This document shows positions 56,881 to 64,000 of a stretch of 64,000 nt of DNA, in pieces. The stretch is from Nanobdellota archaeon (GTDB lineage Archaea; Nanobdellota; Nanobdellia; Woesearchaeales; UBA583), in the NCBI GenBank assembly GCA_048625195.1, contig JBMCRE010000001.1, forward strand, positions 5,396-69,395, given 5' to 3'. How positions within the stretch are numbered: the stretch's first letter is position 1; every line of letters starts with the position of its first letter. The position numbers were made by a program, and so were the translations under genes. The notes beneath the pieces were generated by a model. That model had not been told where the DNA came from, did no database searches, and saw only the letters and a program-made list of their open reading frames with translations.

Positions 56881-58602
56881 TTATTTTTTGTTTTTAAAAT
56901 GTTTTATGAAATCTTTATAGGGAAGCGTGTTTATGACATCGTTTTTTGTTAGCCAGCCTCTTCTTGCTTGAGAAATTCCGTATTTTATAAAATTGAGATT
57001 AGAGATATTATGAGTATCAGTATTTATAACAAATTTTGCACCACATTCCTTTGCAAATTTTATATTTATATCGTTGAGGTCTAACCTTTTAGGGTTTGAG
57101 TTTATTTCTAAACATTTGTTATTTTTTGCGATTTCTTTGTATATTTTTTTTGAGTCAAATTCTATTTCTGCTCTTTTTCCAATTATTCTACAAAGAGGAT
57201 GACCTAATATGTCTAAATTCTCATTATTAATTGCATTTAGTATACGATTTGTCATATCTTTTTTTGATAGTTTAAATTTTTTATGAATTGAACATATCTT
57301 AATATCAAGTTTCTGTAAAGTATCATCATCATAATCAAGACTTCCATCTTCGAGAATATCTATCTCGGAACTTTTCAATATTTTCATTTGTGAATTTTTT
57401 TGCAATTTATCTATCTCTTTTATTTCCTTTTTTAGTTCATTTTTGCTCAATCCTGATGCTATAATTGCAGATTTAGAATGATCACTAATTGCAATATATT
57501 CATATCCTTTTTCTTGTGTAGCATCAACAATTTCTTTTATTGTGTTATTACCATCTGTCAATTTACTATGGATATGAAGGTCTCCTTTTATATCTTTTAG
57601 TTTAATTAGTTTTGGAATCTGATTCTTCTTTGCAGTTTCTATTTCACCTTTGTTTTCTCTTAATTCAGGAGGTATCCATTGCATTTTTAACTTATTATAA
57701 ATATCCTCCTCTTTTTCACCTGCAATTTTTTTGTTTTTTTTGTTGTATAGACCATATTCTGATAATTTATATCCTTTTTTCTGAGCGATTTTACGCAATT
57801 CTATATTGTGCTCTTTACTTCCAGTGAAATACTGCATTGCTGCACCAAAACTTTTCTTATCTATTAATCTTAAATCTATTTGAATATTGTTTTTTAAAAT
57901 TATTGTGCTTTTAGATTTTCCTTTTGATATTATATCTGATATATCATCCATATTTGTAAAAACATCTATCACTTTCTGGGGTTCTTTTGAGAATGCGAGT
58001 ATGTCAATGTCTCCGATTGTCTCTTTTTGTCTTCTAAGAGAACCTGCATAAATTATCTTATCAATTGGGGATTTAGCTTTCAATTTTTCAATGATTTCTT
58101 CTGCAATGGGCATCGCTTCTGATATAAGCATTCGCTCGGATACTTTTTCATATCTTTGAATAGATTTCTTTATATTATCCTGAGTCTTCTGACCAAATCT
58201 TTCGAGTTCTTTTATCTTATCTTGTTCTATTGCTTCTTTTAAGTCTTTAATGTTTGATATTTTTAATTCTTCTTGAAGCTCTTTTATCTTTTTAGGTCCT
58301 AATCCTTCAATTTTCATGAGTAAAGATTGTGATAAAGGAATTTGCTTGAAAAGTTCTTCAAATTCTTTTACTTTTCCATTTAAAATATATTCTTCAAGAT
58401 GTTTTGCTATTGATTCACCTACTCCAGGGAGTTTCTTTAATGCATTTATTCCTTTTTTCTCATAAAGTTTAGTAATATTATGGTTTAGATTTTCTATGCT
58501 ATTTGCAGCTGTTCTATACGCAATAGGTTTCCATTCAACCCCTTTTATTTCGTATGCGTTAGCAACATTGTTTAATATCTCTATTAATTCTTTGTTTATC
58601 AT
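56881..58602 (-). CDS. polX: DNA polymerase X family with C-terminal PHP 3'-5' exonuclease/phosphoesterase domain (PolX)
   Basis: N-terminal HhH (GVGESIAKHL, LGPKKIKEL). Pol-beta nucleotidyltransferase GSLRRQKETIGDIDIL. PHP motifs GDLHIHSKLTDG and AISDHS. Confidence 0.85.
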   Translation of the reverse strand: MINKELIEILNNVANAYEIKGVEWKPIAYRTAANSIENLNHNITKLYEKKGINALKKLPGVGESIAKHLEEYILNGKVKEFEELFKQIPLSQSLLMKIEGLGPKKIKELQEELKISNIKDLKEAIEQDKIKELERFGQKTQDNIKKSIQRYEKVSERMLISEAMPIAEEIIEKLKAKSPIDKIIYAGSLRRQKETIGDIDILAFSKEPQKVIDVFTNMDDISDIISKGKSKSTIILKNNIQIDLRLIDKKSFGAAMQYFTGSKEHNIELRKIAQKKGYKLSEYGLYNKKNKKIAGEKEEDIYNKLKMQWIPPELRENKGEIETAKKNQIPKLIKLKDIKGDLHIHSKLTDGNNTIKEIVDATQEKGYEYIAISDHSKSAIIASGLSKNELKKEIKEIDKLQKNSQMKILKSSEIDILEDGSLDYDDDTLQKLDIKICSIHKKFKLSKKDMTNRILNAINNENLDILGHPLCRIIGKRAEIEFDSKKIYKEIAKNNKCLEINSNPKRLDLNDINIKFAKECGAKFVINTDTHNISNLNFIKYGISQARRGWLTKNDVINTLPYKDFIKHFKNKK

Positions 58603-58677
58603 AATATCTTATGGTGTTTATATTATAAAAATTTATTGATTATAACTTATTTTACAATATATTCTTAAATATTTTGT

Positions 58678-60219
58678 TTATTTTTTAGATTCAATAATAT
58701 AATTTTCTTCAAGTTCTTTGCTAAAATTTAAATTACCTGTTCCTGAAGGTAGTATGTATGCATAAATATTATCAATATCTATTCGTAAACCATTATCTAA
58801 TCTAAACATTAAAGCAGGTCCAATTAAACTATTAATATATTTAGAAAAACGATTAACAATAACTGAATCATATTTAATTCCTGCATATAAATTAAGTTCT
58901 TCAATTGCTTTTTTAACAGGCATTTTTTCATACCCTGAATAATAATTACCATAAACCATATGTTCAAAAGATTCACAAATTCTAATTATCCTTGATAAAC
59001 TTGGAATCTGTTTTTTAGAAATTCTAGGATATCCTAAACCATTCCAATCGCAGTGATGATGCAAAACAATATTTGAGCATCCAGCAAGCCATGGAGATTT
59101 TGATATTATATCATTAGCTGTGTTTGGATGTTGTTGAATTTTGTACAAATCTTTTGTACTAAGATTAGTTTTTTGAAGCATATCTTTTGTAATTTGTAAA
59201 CTTGCATAACCAATATCCTTATACATTATTGATTTAAAAAGTAAATCTTTATCTGTTGGTGCTAAATCTATTTTATGGGCAAAATCCATTGCAATTTTTA
59301 TCAACCTTTTATTATGATGCCACATTTGAGGTACTTTCTTGTATATAGATTTTTTATAAAATTGAAGAAATTTATTTAATATGTTTGAATGATTTATTGA
59401 TTTATTTTTATAAAGTTTAAATTCTGCTCTCATGATAACAGAATCAGAATTCTCAAAAGATGTTTCTTGCATATCATATCCCAAAGATACACTCAGAGGA
59501 TAATTTATTTTTGAAGATGTTTTTTTTATAATTTTTGAAATTTCTTGACATTTATCTTCAAGAGTTTTTTTTGTGGGTTTTCTTACAAGAGCTATGAACT
59601 CATCAGCTTTTTCTCCTCTTCGACCTACATAATCGCTTTTCCTAAAAGAGTTTTTCATTATTTCTGCAAAAAGTTTTATTAGATAATCACCAAATGAATG
59701 ACTAAAAACATCGTTAGCAAGTTTCAAATAATCAATATCTGCAAATATAATACCAAACTTTTCGTTTCTAAGATTTTCTAAATGAAAAATTTGCTCATTA
59801 ATATATTTCATATTATATAATCCTGTAAAAGAATCGTTTAAACCTTTGTATTTTGATATATCATTTACAATAATTAAAACACCAGTTGGCTCATTTTTTT
59901 CATCTTTGATAAGTTTTCCTGATACTTCCTGAACTTTAGGATTTTTAATATCAAAATTATTGATATGCTCAATTGTAATTGGAACATCTGATCTTTTAAC
60001 ATCTTTTATAACACAATCACAAACTTCATCAAATGGTTTAAAGCAACTTAATTCTATACCTTCACGTCTTTCATTAGTATAGATAATTTCACCTGTTTCA
60101 TGATTAAGAAAATAAAAAATATTTGGAAAATTATCTAATAAATTTCTTAATTGATTAAGTTCATCAGATGTATTTTTAAGTTTCTGTTCAAGATTATTAA
60201 ATATGTTATTTTTATCCAA
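58678..60219 (-). CDS. PAS - degenerate GGDEF - HD-GYP domain protein (c-di-GMP-type signalling architecture)
   Basis: N-terminal PAS-like fold. GGDEF-domain core FTGLYNMKYINEQ...FGIIFADIDYLKLANDVFSHSFGDYLIKL...RRGEKADEF, where the GG(D/E)EF site is replaced by GEKADEF. HD-GYP domain ..YKDIGY.. (HD becomes KD) and HHHCDWNGLGYP (HHExxDGxGYP). Confidence 0.7.
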   Translation of the reverse strand: MDKNNIFNNLEQKLKNTSDELNQLRNLLDNFPNIFYFLNHETGEIIYTNERREGIELSCFKPFDEVCDCVIKDVKRSDVPITIEHINNFDIKNPKVQEVSGKLIKDEKNEPTGVLIIVNDISKYKGLNDSFTGLYNMKYINEQIFHLENLRNEKFGIIFADIDYLKLANDVFSHSFGDYLIKLFAEIMKNSFRKSDYVGRRGEKADEFIALVRKPTKKTLEDKCQEISKIIKKTSSKINYPLSVSLGYDMQETSFENSDSVIMRAEFKLYKNKSINHSNILNKFLQFYKKSIYKKVPQMWHHNKRLIKIAMDFAHKIDLAPTDKDLLFKSIMYKDIGYASLQITKDMLQKTNLSTKDLYKIQQHPNTANDIISKSPWLAGCSNIVLHHHCDWNGLGYPRISKKQIPSLSRIIRICESFEHMVYGNYYSGYEKMPVKKAIEELNLYAGIKYDSVIVNRFSKYINSLIGPALMFRLDNGLRIDIDNIYAYILPSGTGNLNFSKELEENYIIESKK

Positions 60220-60313
60220 TTTTAACTTCTAAGTGTTTTTTATTATTCATAAGGTTTTTTGTTTTAAAAATAATAACTTTGAAAATTCAATAATTTTATA
60301 AAGTATTTTTAAA

Positions 60314-60495
60314 AAGCTTAAATTTTAAGATTTAATAGATTTCGTATTATAAAATTAATATTTTTTTGAAACTTTGAATGTATAGAGAACTTTGAAAAAC
60401 TCAATAGTTTTTAATAAATATCTTTGGAAAGCTTAAATTTAAAGGTTTCATAGATTCGAATTTATTAAATCAGTACTTTTTCAAAGTTCTCTATA
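60314..60495. repeat. Composite intergenic repeat: ~35-nt direct repeats (60314-60348 and 60429-60463), each followed by one arm of a 20-nt near-perfect inverted repeat (60381-60400 tatagagaactttgaaaaac and 60476-60495 ctttttcaaagttctctata)
   Basis: Read directly from the sequence. 19/20 complementarity between the arms. 75-nt spacer. Lies in a ~600-nt divergent intergenic region. Confidence 0.55.
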
Positions 60496-60895
60496 TTAAA
60501 ATAGGTTCAAAATTAATAAAAATCTTTGTATTTTAAATATTAAAGTTCATTATAATAATATTGACTTTTTTAATGAAGATAAAGTTTTGTTTCTAAATTA
60601 AAGATAATAATACAATTAACTAGAAAAAAATTTAATAAATTAATTAAATAATGATGACATTAATGACTTATTTAGAAAATTAGAAGTAATTCATAATCAA
60701 GATGAAAATTATAAAGAAACATTAGAACAAGTATCTTGGAATAAATTATTAGATTTTAATGAAGAATATAATACAAAAAGCTGGTATTCTTTTAAATAAA
60801 ATTATTATTTTATATTTTTGTTTATTTTATTTCATTTTATTTTATTTTTTAAAATTAATAGAAATCTTTTTAAATTCAAACTACTAATTTTATAT

Positions 60896-61309
60896 ATGGT
60901 TGAAGAAACATTATTTGAAAAAATTATAAAAGGTGAAATTCCTTCATATAAAATTTATGAAGATGAAAAACATTATGCGTTTTTAGATATTTCTCCTTTT
61001 GAAAAAGGTCATACATTAGTTGTGCCTAAGAAACCTTATAAGACTATTTTTGATATGCCTCAAAGTGAATATTTAGAGTTAATGAAAGTTGTATATAAAA
61101 TCTCACTTCATTACGAAAAAGTATTAGGTTGTGGTATAAATATTTGGAATAATAATAAAAATATCGCTAATCAACTTATATATCATGTTCATGTGCATAT
61201 TATTCCAAGACTTGAGAATAAGGCTGCATATGCACTAGAAAATGGAACAAAATATGGTAATGAAAAAGAGGCGAAAAATACTGCTTTAAAACTTGCTTTA
61301 AAGGAATAG
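60896..61309 (+). CDS. HIT-family (histidine triad) nucleotide hydrolase; start moved to MVEETLF (the track ORF starts at 60818 in a hydrophobic leader)
   Basis: LFEKIIKGEIPSYKIYEDEKHYAFLDISPFEKGHTLVVPKK and the histidine triad HVHVHIIPR. Confidence 0.8.
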   Translation: MVEETLFEKIIKGEIPSYKIYEDEKHYAFLDISPFEKGHTLVVPKKPYKTIFDMPQSEYLELMKVVYKISLHYEKVLGCGINIWNNNKNIANQLIYHVHVHIIPRLENKAAYALENGTKYGNEKEAKNTALKLALKE

Positions 61310-61312
61310 AAA

Positions 61313-61636
61313 ATGGTAGAATTTTGTAAAAATTGTGATGCGATAATTATAGGAAAAAAAGGAGAAGAAGTTAAATGTAGTGCTTGTGGAGAAGTTCAAA
61401 AAACTCAAAGTTCATTATCTTTAAATATAAAAGTTGAACCTAAAAAACAAGAAAAAGAGGTTTTAGATAAAAATACATCTGAGGGGGAAATTCATCCAGT
61501 TATTCAGGCAGAATGTCCAAAATGTCATTTTAAAGAAGCTTATTATTGGACAAAACAAACAAGAGCTGGTGACGAACCAGAAACTATGTTTTTTAAATGT
61601 GTAAAATGTAAACATCAATGGAGAGAATATAGATAA
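61313..61636 (+). CDS. tfs: Transcription factor S (TFS/TFIIS C-terminal-type; RNA polymerase subunit M-like)
   Basis: N-terminal Zn ribbon FCKNCDAII...CSACGEV. C-terminal TFIIS-type ribbon CPKCHFKEAYYWTKQTRAGDEPETMFFKCVKCKHQW with the acidic DE hairpin. Confidence 0.85.
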   Translation: MVEFCKNCDAIIIGKKGEEVKCSACGEVQKTQSSLSLNIKVEPKKQEKEVLDKNTSEGEIHPVIQAECPKCHFKEAYYWTKQTRAGDEPETMFFKCVKCKHQWREYR

Positions 61637-61665
61637 TATTTAATATTCTTTGAAATTGTCAAATA

Positions 61666-61902
61666 TTAATAATATTTAAATAATAATATACAAATAATTG
61701 ATATAAATATAAATAAAATTCCTTGAATATAGAATCTGTCATAAAATAAAAACATTGAAGTTAAAATAAAAATAAGAGATGCTGCTAAACAAAGATATTT
61801 AAACAATTTATATAAGTAATTAAAAATTATTTTTTCAAAAGGTGTTGATGATAAATCTTTATTCTCATCTTTAATTAATTCAAGCATTGTTTTTTTTGTC
61901 AT
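61666..61902 (-). CDS. Small membrane protein (2 TM), hypothetical
   Basis: Two C-terminal hydrophobic helices. Nothing else. Confidence 0.25.
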   Translation of the reverse strand: MTKKTMLELIKDENKDLSSTPFEKIIFNYLYKLFKYLCLAASLIFILTSMFLFYDRFYIQGILFIFISIICILLFKYY

Positions 61903-62006
61903 ATATTTTAATTAGAAAATTATGTTAATAAACTTTTGCGTTTTTGTTGTATTTTGAGATAAATTTTAAAATATTGAAAAATATTTTTGTGTTAATATTT
62001 TTCTAA

Positions 62007-63878
62007 CTATTTTTTCTTATTGTTCTTTTTATCTTCTTTATCTTTTTCTTTTGCTTGAGTATCTACTACTTCTTCTTCTTTATTCTTATTGTCTGATTTT
62101 GTTTCTTTTGTTTGATTTGCTTGGTCTTCTTGAGCTTGTTTTTGATACATTTCTACAAAAATTTCTTGAGCTTTTTTATTTATCTCATCCATTTTTGTCT
62201 TAATTTTTTCTACATCTCTTTTTTCTGCTTTAAGCATTTCTTCAAGCTCTTTAATTAAATCCATAACTGGACTTACTTTTTTTTGATCAACTTTATCTTT
62301 ATTTTCTTCTAAAGTTTTTTTAGTTTGATATACTATTTGTTCTGCTTGATTTACTGTTTCAATTTCTTCTTTTCTTTTTTTATCTTCATCAGCATTTTTC
62401 TCAGCTTCTTCTTGCATTCTTTTAATTTCTTCTTCAGATAAATTAGATGTTGCAACTATTTTAATTGACTGTTCTTTTCCTGTTCCTTTGTCTTTTGCAG
62501 ATACATTTACAATTCCATTTGCATCTATATCAAAAGTAACTTCTATTTGTGGCACCCCTCTTGGAGCAGGAGGAATTCCTGTTAAATCGAATCTTCCTAT
62601 TTCTTTGTTATCATTAAACATTGCTCTTTCTCCTTGACCAATTCTAATTGTTACAGCATTTTGATTATCTTGAGCAGTTGAAAATACTTGTGATTTTTTA
62701 CTTGGAATTGTTGTATTTTTATCAATTAATTTTGTAAATACTCCTCCTAGAGTTTCAATACCTAAAGATAGAGGTGTTACATCTAATAATAAAACGTCTT
62801 TAACATCTCCTGCTAAAATACCTCCTTGAATTGATGCTCCCATAGCAACTGCTTCATCTGGGTTTACTGATTTATCAGGGTCTTTGTTTGTAATGCTTTT
62901 AACCATATCTTGAACTGCTGGTATTCTTGTAGAACCACCTACTAATATGATTTTATTAATTTCTGATTCTTTTAATTTAGAATCTTTTATTGCTTGATTA
63001 GTTGTTTTTCTTAATTTTTCTAATATATCATCAATTAATTCATTAAATTTCGCTCGTGTGATTTTCATATCTAAGTGTTTAGGACCATTAGCATCTGCTG
63101 TAATAAATGGTTCTGAAATTTGAGTTTCAAGTCTTGAAGATAATTCTATTTTTGCTTTTTCTGCTGCATTTTTTACTCTTTGAGCAGATTGTGCATCATT
63201 TCTTAGATCTATACCATGTTCTGATTTAAATTCTTTTGCAATATAATCAATTAATAGTTTATCAATATTATCTCCACCTAAATGATTATCTCCTGATGTA
63301 GATTTTACTTCAAAAACACCATCATCTAATTCTAAAATTGAAACATCAAATGTTCCTCCACCAAAATCAAAAACAAGTACATTTTGTGTTTCTTCTTTTG
63401 CAATTCCATAGGCAAGTGATGCAGCAGTTGGTTCGTTAATAATTCTTTCAACTTCAAATCCTGCAATTTTACCTGCATCTTTAGTTGCTTGTCTTTGAGC
63501 ATCGCTAAAATATGCTGGAACTGTAATTACTGCTTTTTTAACTTCTTGTCCTAAATAACTTTCTGCATCTTTTTTTAATTTTTGTAAAATAATTGCTGAA
63601 ATCTCTTGAGGTGTATATTCTTTATTATGAATTTTTACCTTATAATCTTCACCCATATGAGTTTTAATTGATGCAACTGTTTCATTTGGTTTTACAATTG
63701 CTTGTTTTTTTGCAGGTTCTCCTACAATTCTTTCTCCTGACGCATTAATATGAACTACTGAAGGTGTAGTTCTTGTACCTTCACTATTTGGAATTACAGT
63801 TGAAGTACCGTTTTCCATAATAGACATACATGAATTTGTAGTTCCTAAATCTATTCCTAAAATTTTTTCTTTTCCCAT
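62007..63878 (-). CDS. dnaK: Chaperone DnaK (Hsp70)
   Basis: [38 protein letters not shown]. Full nucleotide-binding + substrate-binding + lid domains. K/E-rich C-terminal tail. Confidence 0.95.
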   Translation of the reverse strand: MGKEKILGIDLGTTNSCMSIMENGTSTVIPNSEGTRTTPSVVHINASGERIVGEPAKKQAIVKPNETVASIKTHMGEDYKVKIHNKEYTPQEISAIILQKLKKDAESYLGQEVKKAVITVPAYFSDAQRQATKDAGKIAGFEVERIINEPTAASLAYGIAKEETQNVLVFDFGGGTFDVSILELDDGVFEVKSTSGDNHLGGDNIDKLLIDYIAKEFKSEHGIDLRNDAQSAQRVKNAAEKAKIELSSRLETQISEPFITADANGPKHLDMKITRAKFNELIDDILEKLRKTTNQAIKDSKLKESEINKIILVGGSTRIPAVQDMVKSITNKDPDKSVNPDEAVAMGASIQGGILAGDVKDVLLLDVTPLSLGIETLGGVFTKLIDKNTTIPSKKSQVFSTAQDNQNAVTIRIGQGERAMFNDNKEIGRFDLTGIPPAPRGVPQIEVTFDIDANGIVNVSAKDKGTGKEQSIKIVATSNLSEEEIKRMQEEAEKNADEDKKRKEEIETVNQAEQIVYQTKKTLEENKDKVDQKKVSPVMDLIKELEEMLKAEKRDVEKIKTKMDEINKKAQEIFVEMYQKQAQEDQANQTKETKSDNKNKEEEVVDTQAKEKDKEDKKNNKKK

Positions 63879-63892
63879 TTTTCTTATTTTTT

Positions 63893-63905
63893 TTTATATT
63901 TTAAG
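63893..63905 (-). promoter_or_regulatory. Putative TATA box (ttaaaatataaaa on the minus strand) 15-27 nt upstream of the dnaK ATG; leaderless-type promoter
   Basis: AT-rich TATA-like element at the expected spacing. No SD-like sequence. Confidence 0.3.
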
Positions 63906-64000
63906 TTTTTGATAAAAATATTAGTGTTTATTTATTTATAAAGTTTTTGATTTTTTACTTTACACTAAATAATTCATATAAAATAAGGATTTGATAAATT

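Noticed and set aside
57612-57827. Track ORF 71 aa (+) inside polX
   Set aside because: Antisense shadow.
60640-60800. Open frame reading ..DDINDLFRKLEVIHNQDENYKETLEQVSWNKLLDFNEEYNTKSWYSFK* in the long intergenic region
   Set aside because: No in-frame ATG/GTG/TTG start after the upstream stop. K/E/N-rich as expected for noncoding AT-rich DNA.

Overview
This 64 kb window is a very AT-rich (roughly 20-25% GC by eye), gene-dense stretch that reads as an archaeal chromosome, most likely from a small-genome DPANN-like lineage. The evidence is a run of archaeal/eukaryal-only ribosomal proteins (S27e, L15e, S8e, L44e) and the archaeal operon order S13-S4-S11-RpoD-L13-S9. It is supported by Elp3, ABCE1/RLI, diphthine synthase, RNase P protein Rpp29, TFS, an NFACT/Rqc2 homolog, archaeal-type triosephosphate isomerase and leaderless TATA-proximal starts. 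About 65 genes are supportable, on both strands, plus one tRNA-Leu(CAA) and a striking 56-bp tandem repeat made of 8-bp sub-units.

Housekeeping genes:
- Bacterial/eukaryal-type AlaRS lacking the C-Ala domain
- HisRS
- DEAD-box helicase
- RNase HI
- DnaK
- SufU-like scaffold
- HIT protein
- NAD-dependent DNA ligase, convergent with a PolX/PHP polymerase

The accessory content is the more interesting part:
- Two loci (8.2-13.5 kb and 31.3-36.1 kb) encode five proteins that share a KKA + hydrophobic N-terminus resembling class III (prepilin-type) signal peptides. Two of these are 665-761 aa surface proteins. This is a candidate cell-surface filament or adhesion apparatus.
- A compositionally atypical segment (45.0-48.8 kb) shows visibly higher GC and a lipoprotein + secreted-protein operon. 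Next to it sits a divergent pair of membrane-anchored paralogs.
- A PAS-GGDEF-HD-GYP (c-di-GMP-type) signalling protein with degenerate catalytic motifs is present.
- An orphan group-3-like [NiFe]-hydrogenase large subunit sits beside desulfoferrodoxin.
- A tandem histone-fold doublet is present.
- A 1086-aa all-coiled-coil protein is present.

Several ORFs in the supplied track are antisense or low-complexity artefacts and are listed under rejected items. One edge-truncated gene (1..1304, minus strand) and one 47-aa zinc-ribbon gene are not in the track and are added here.
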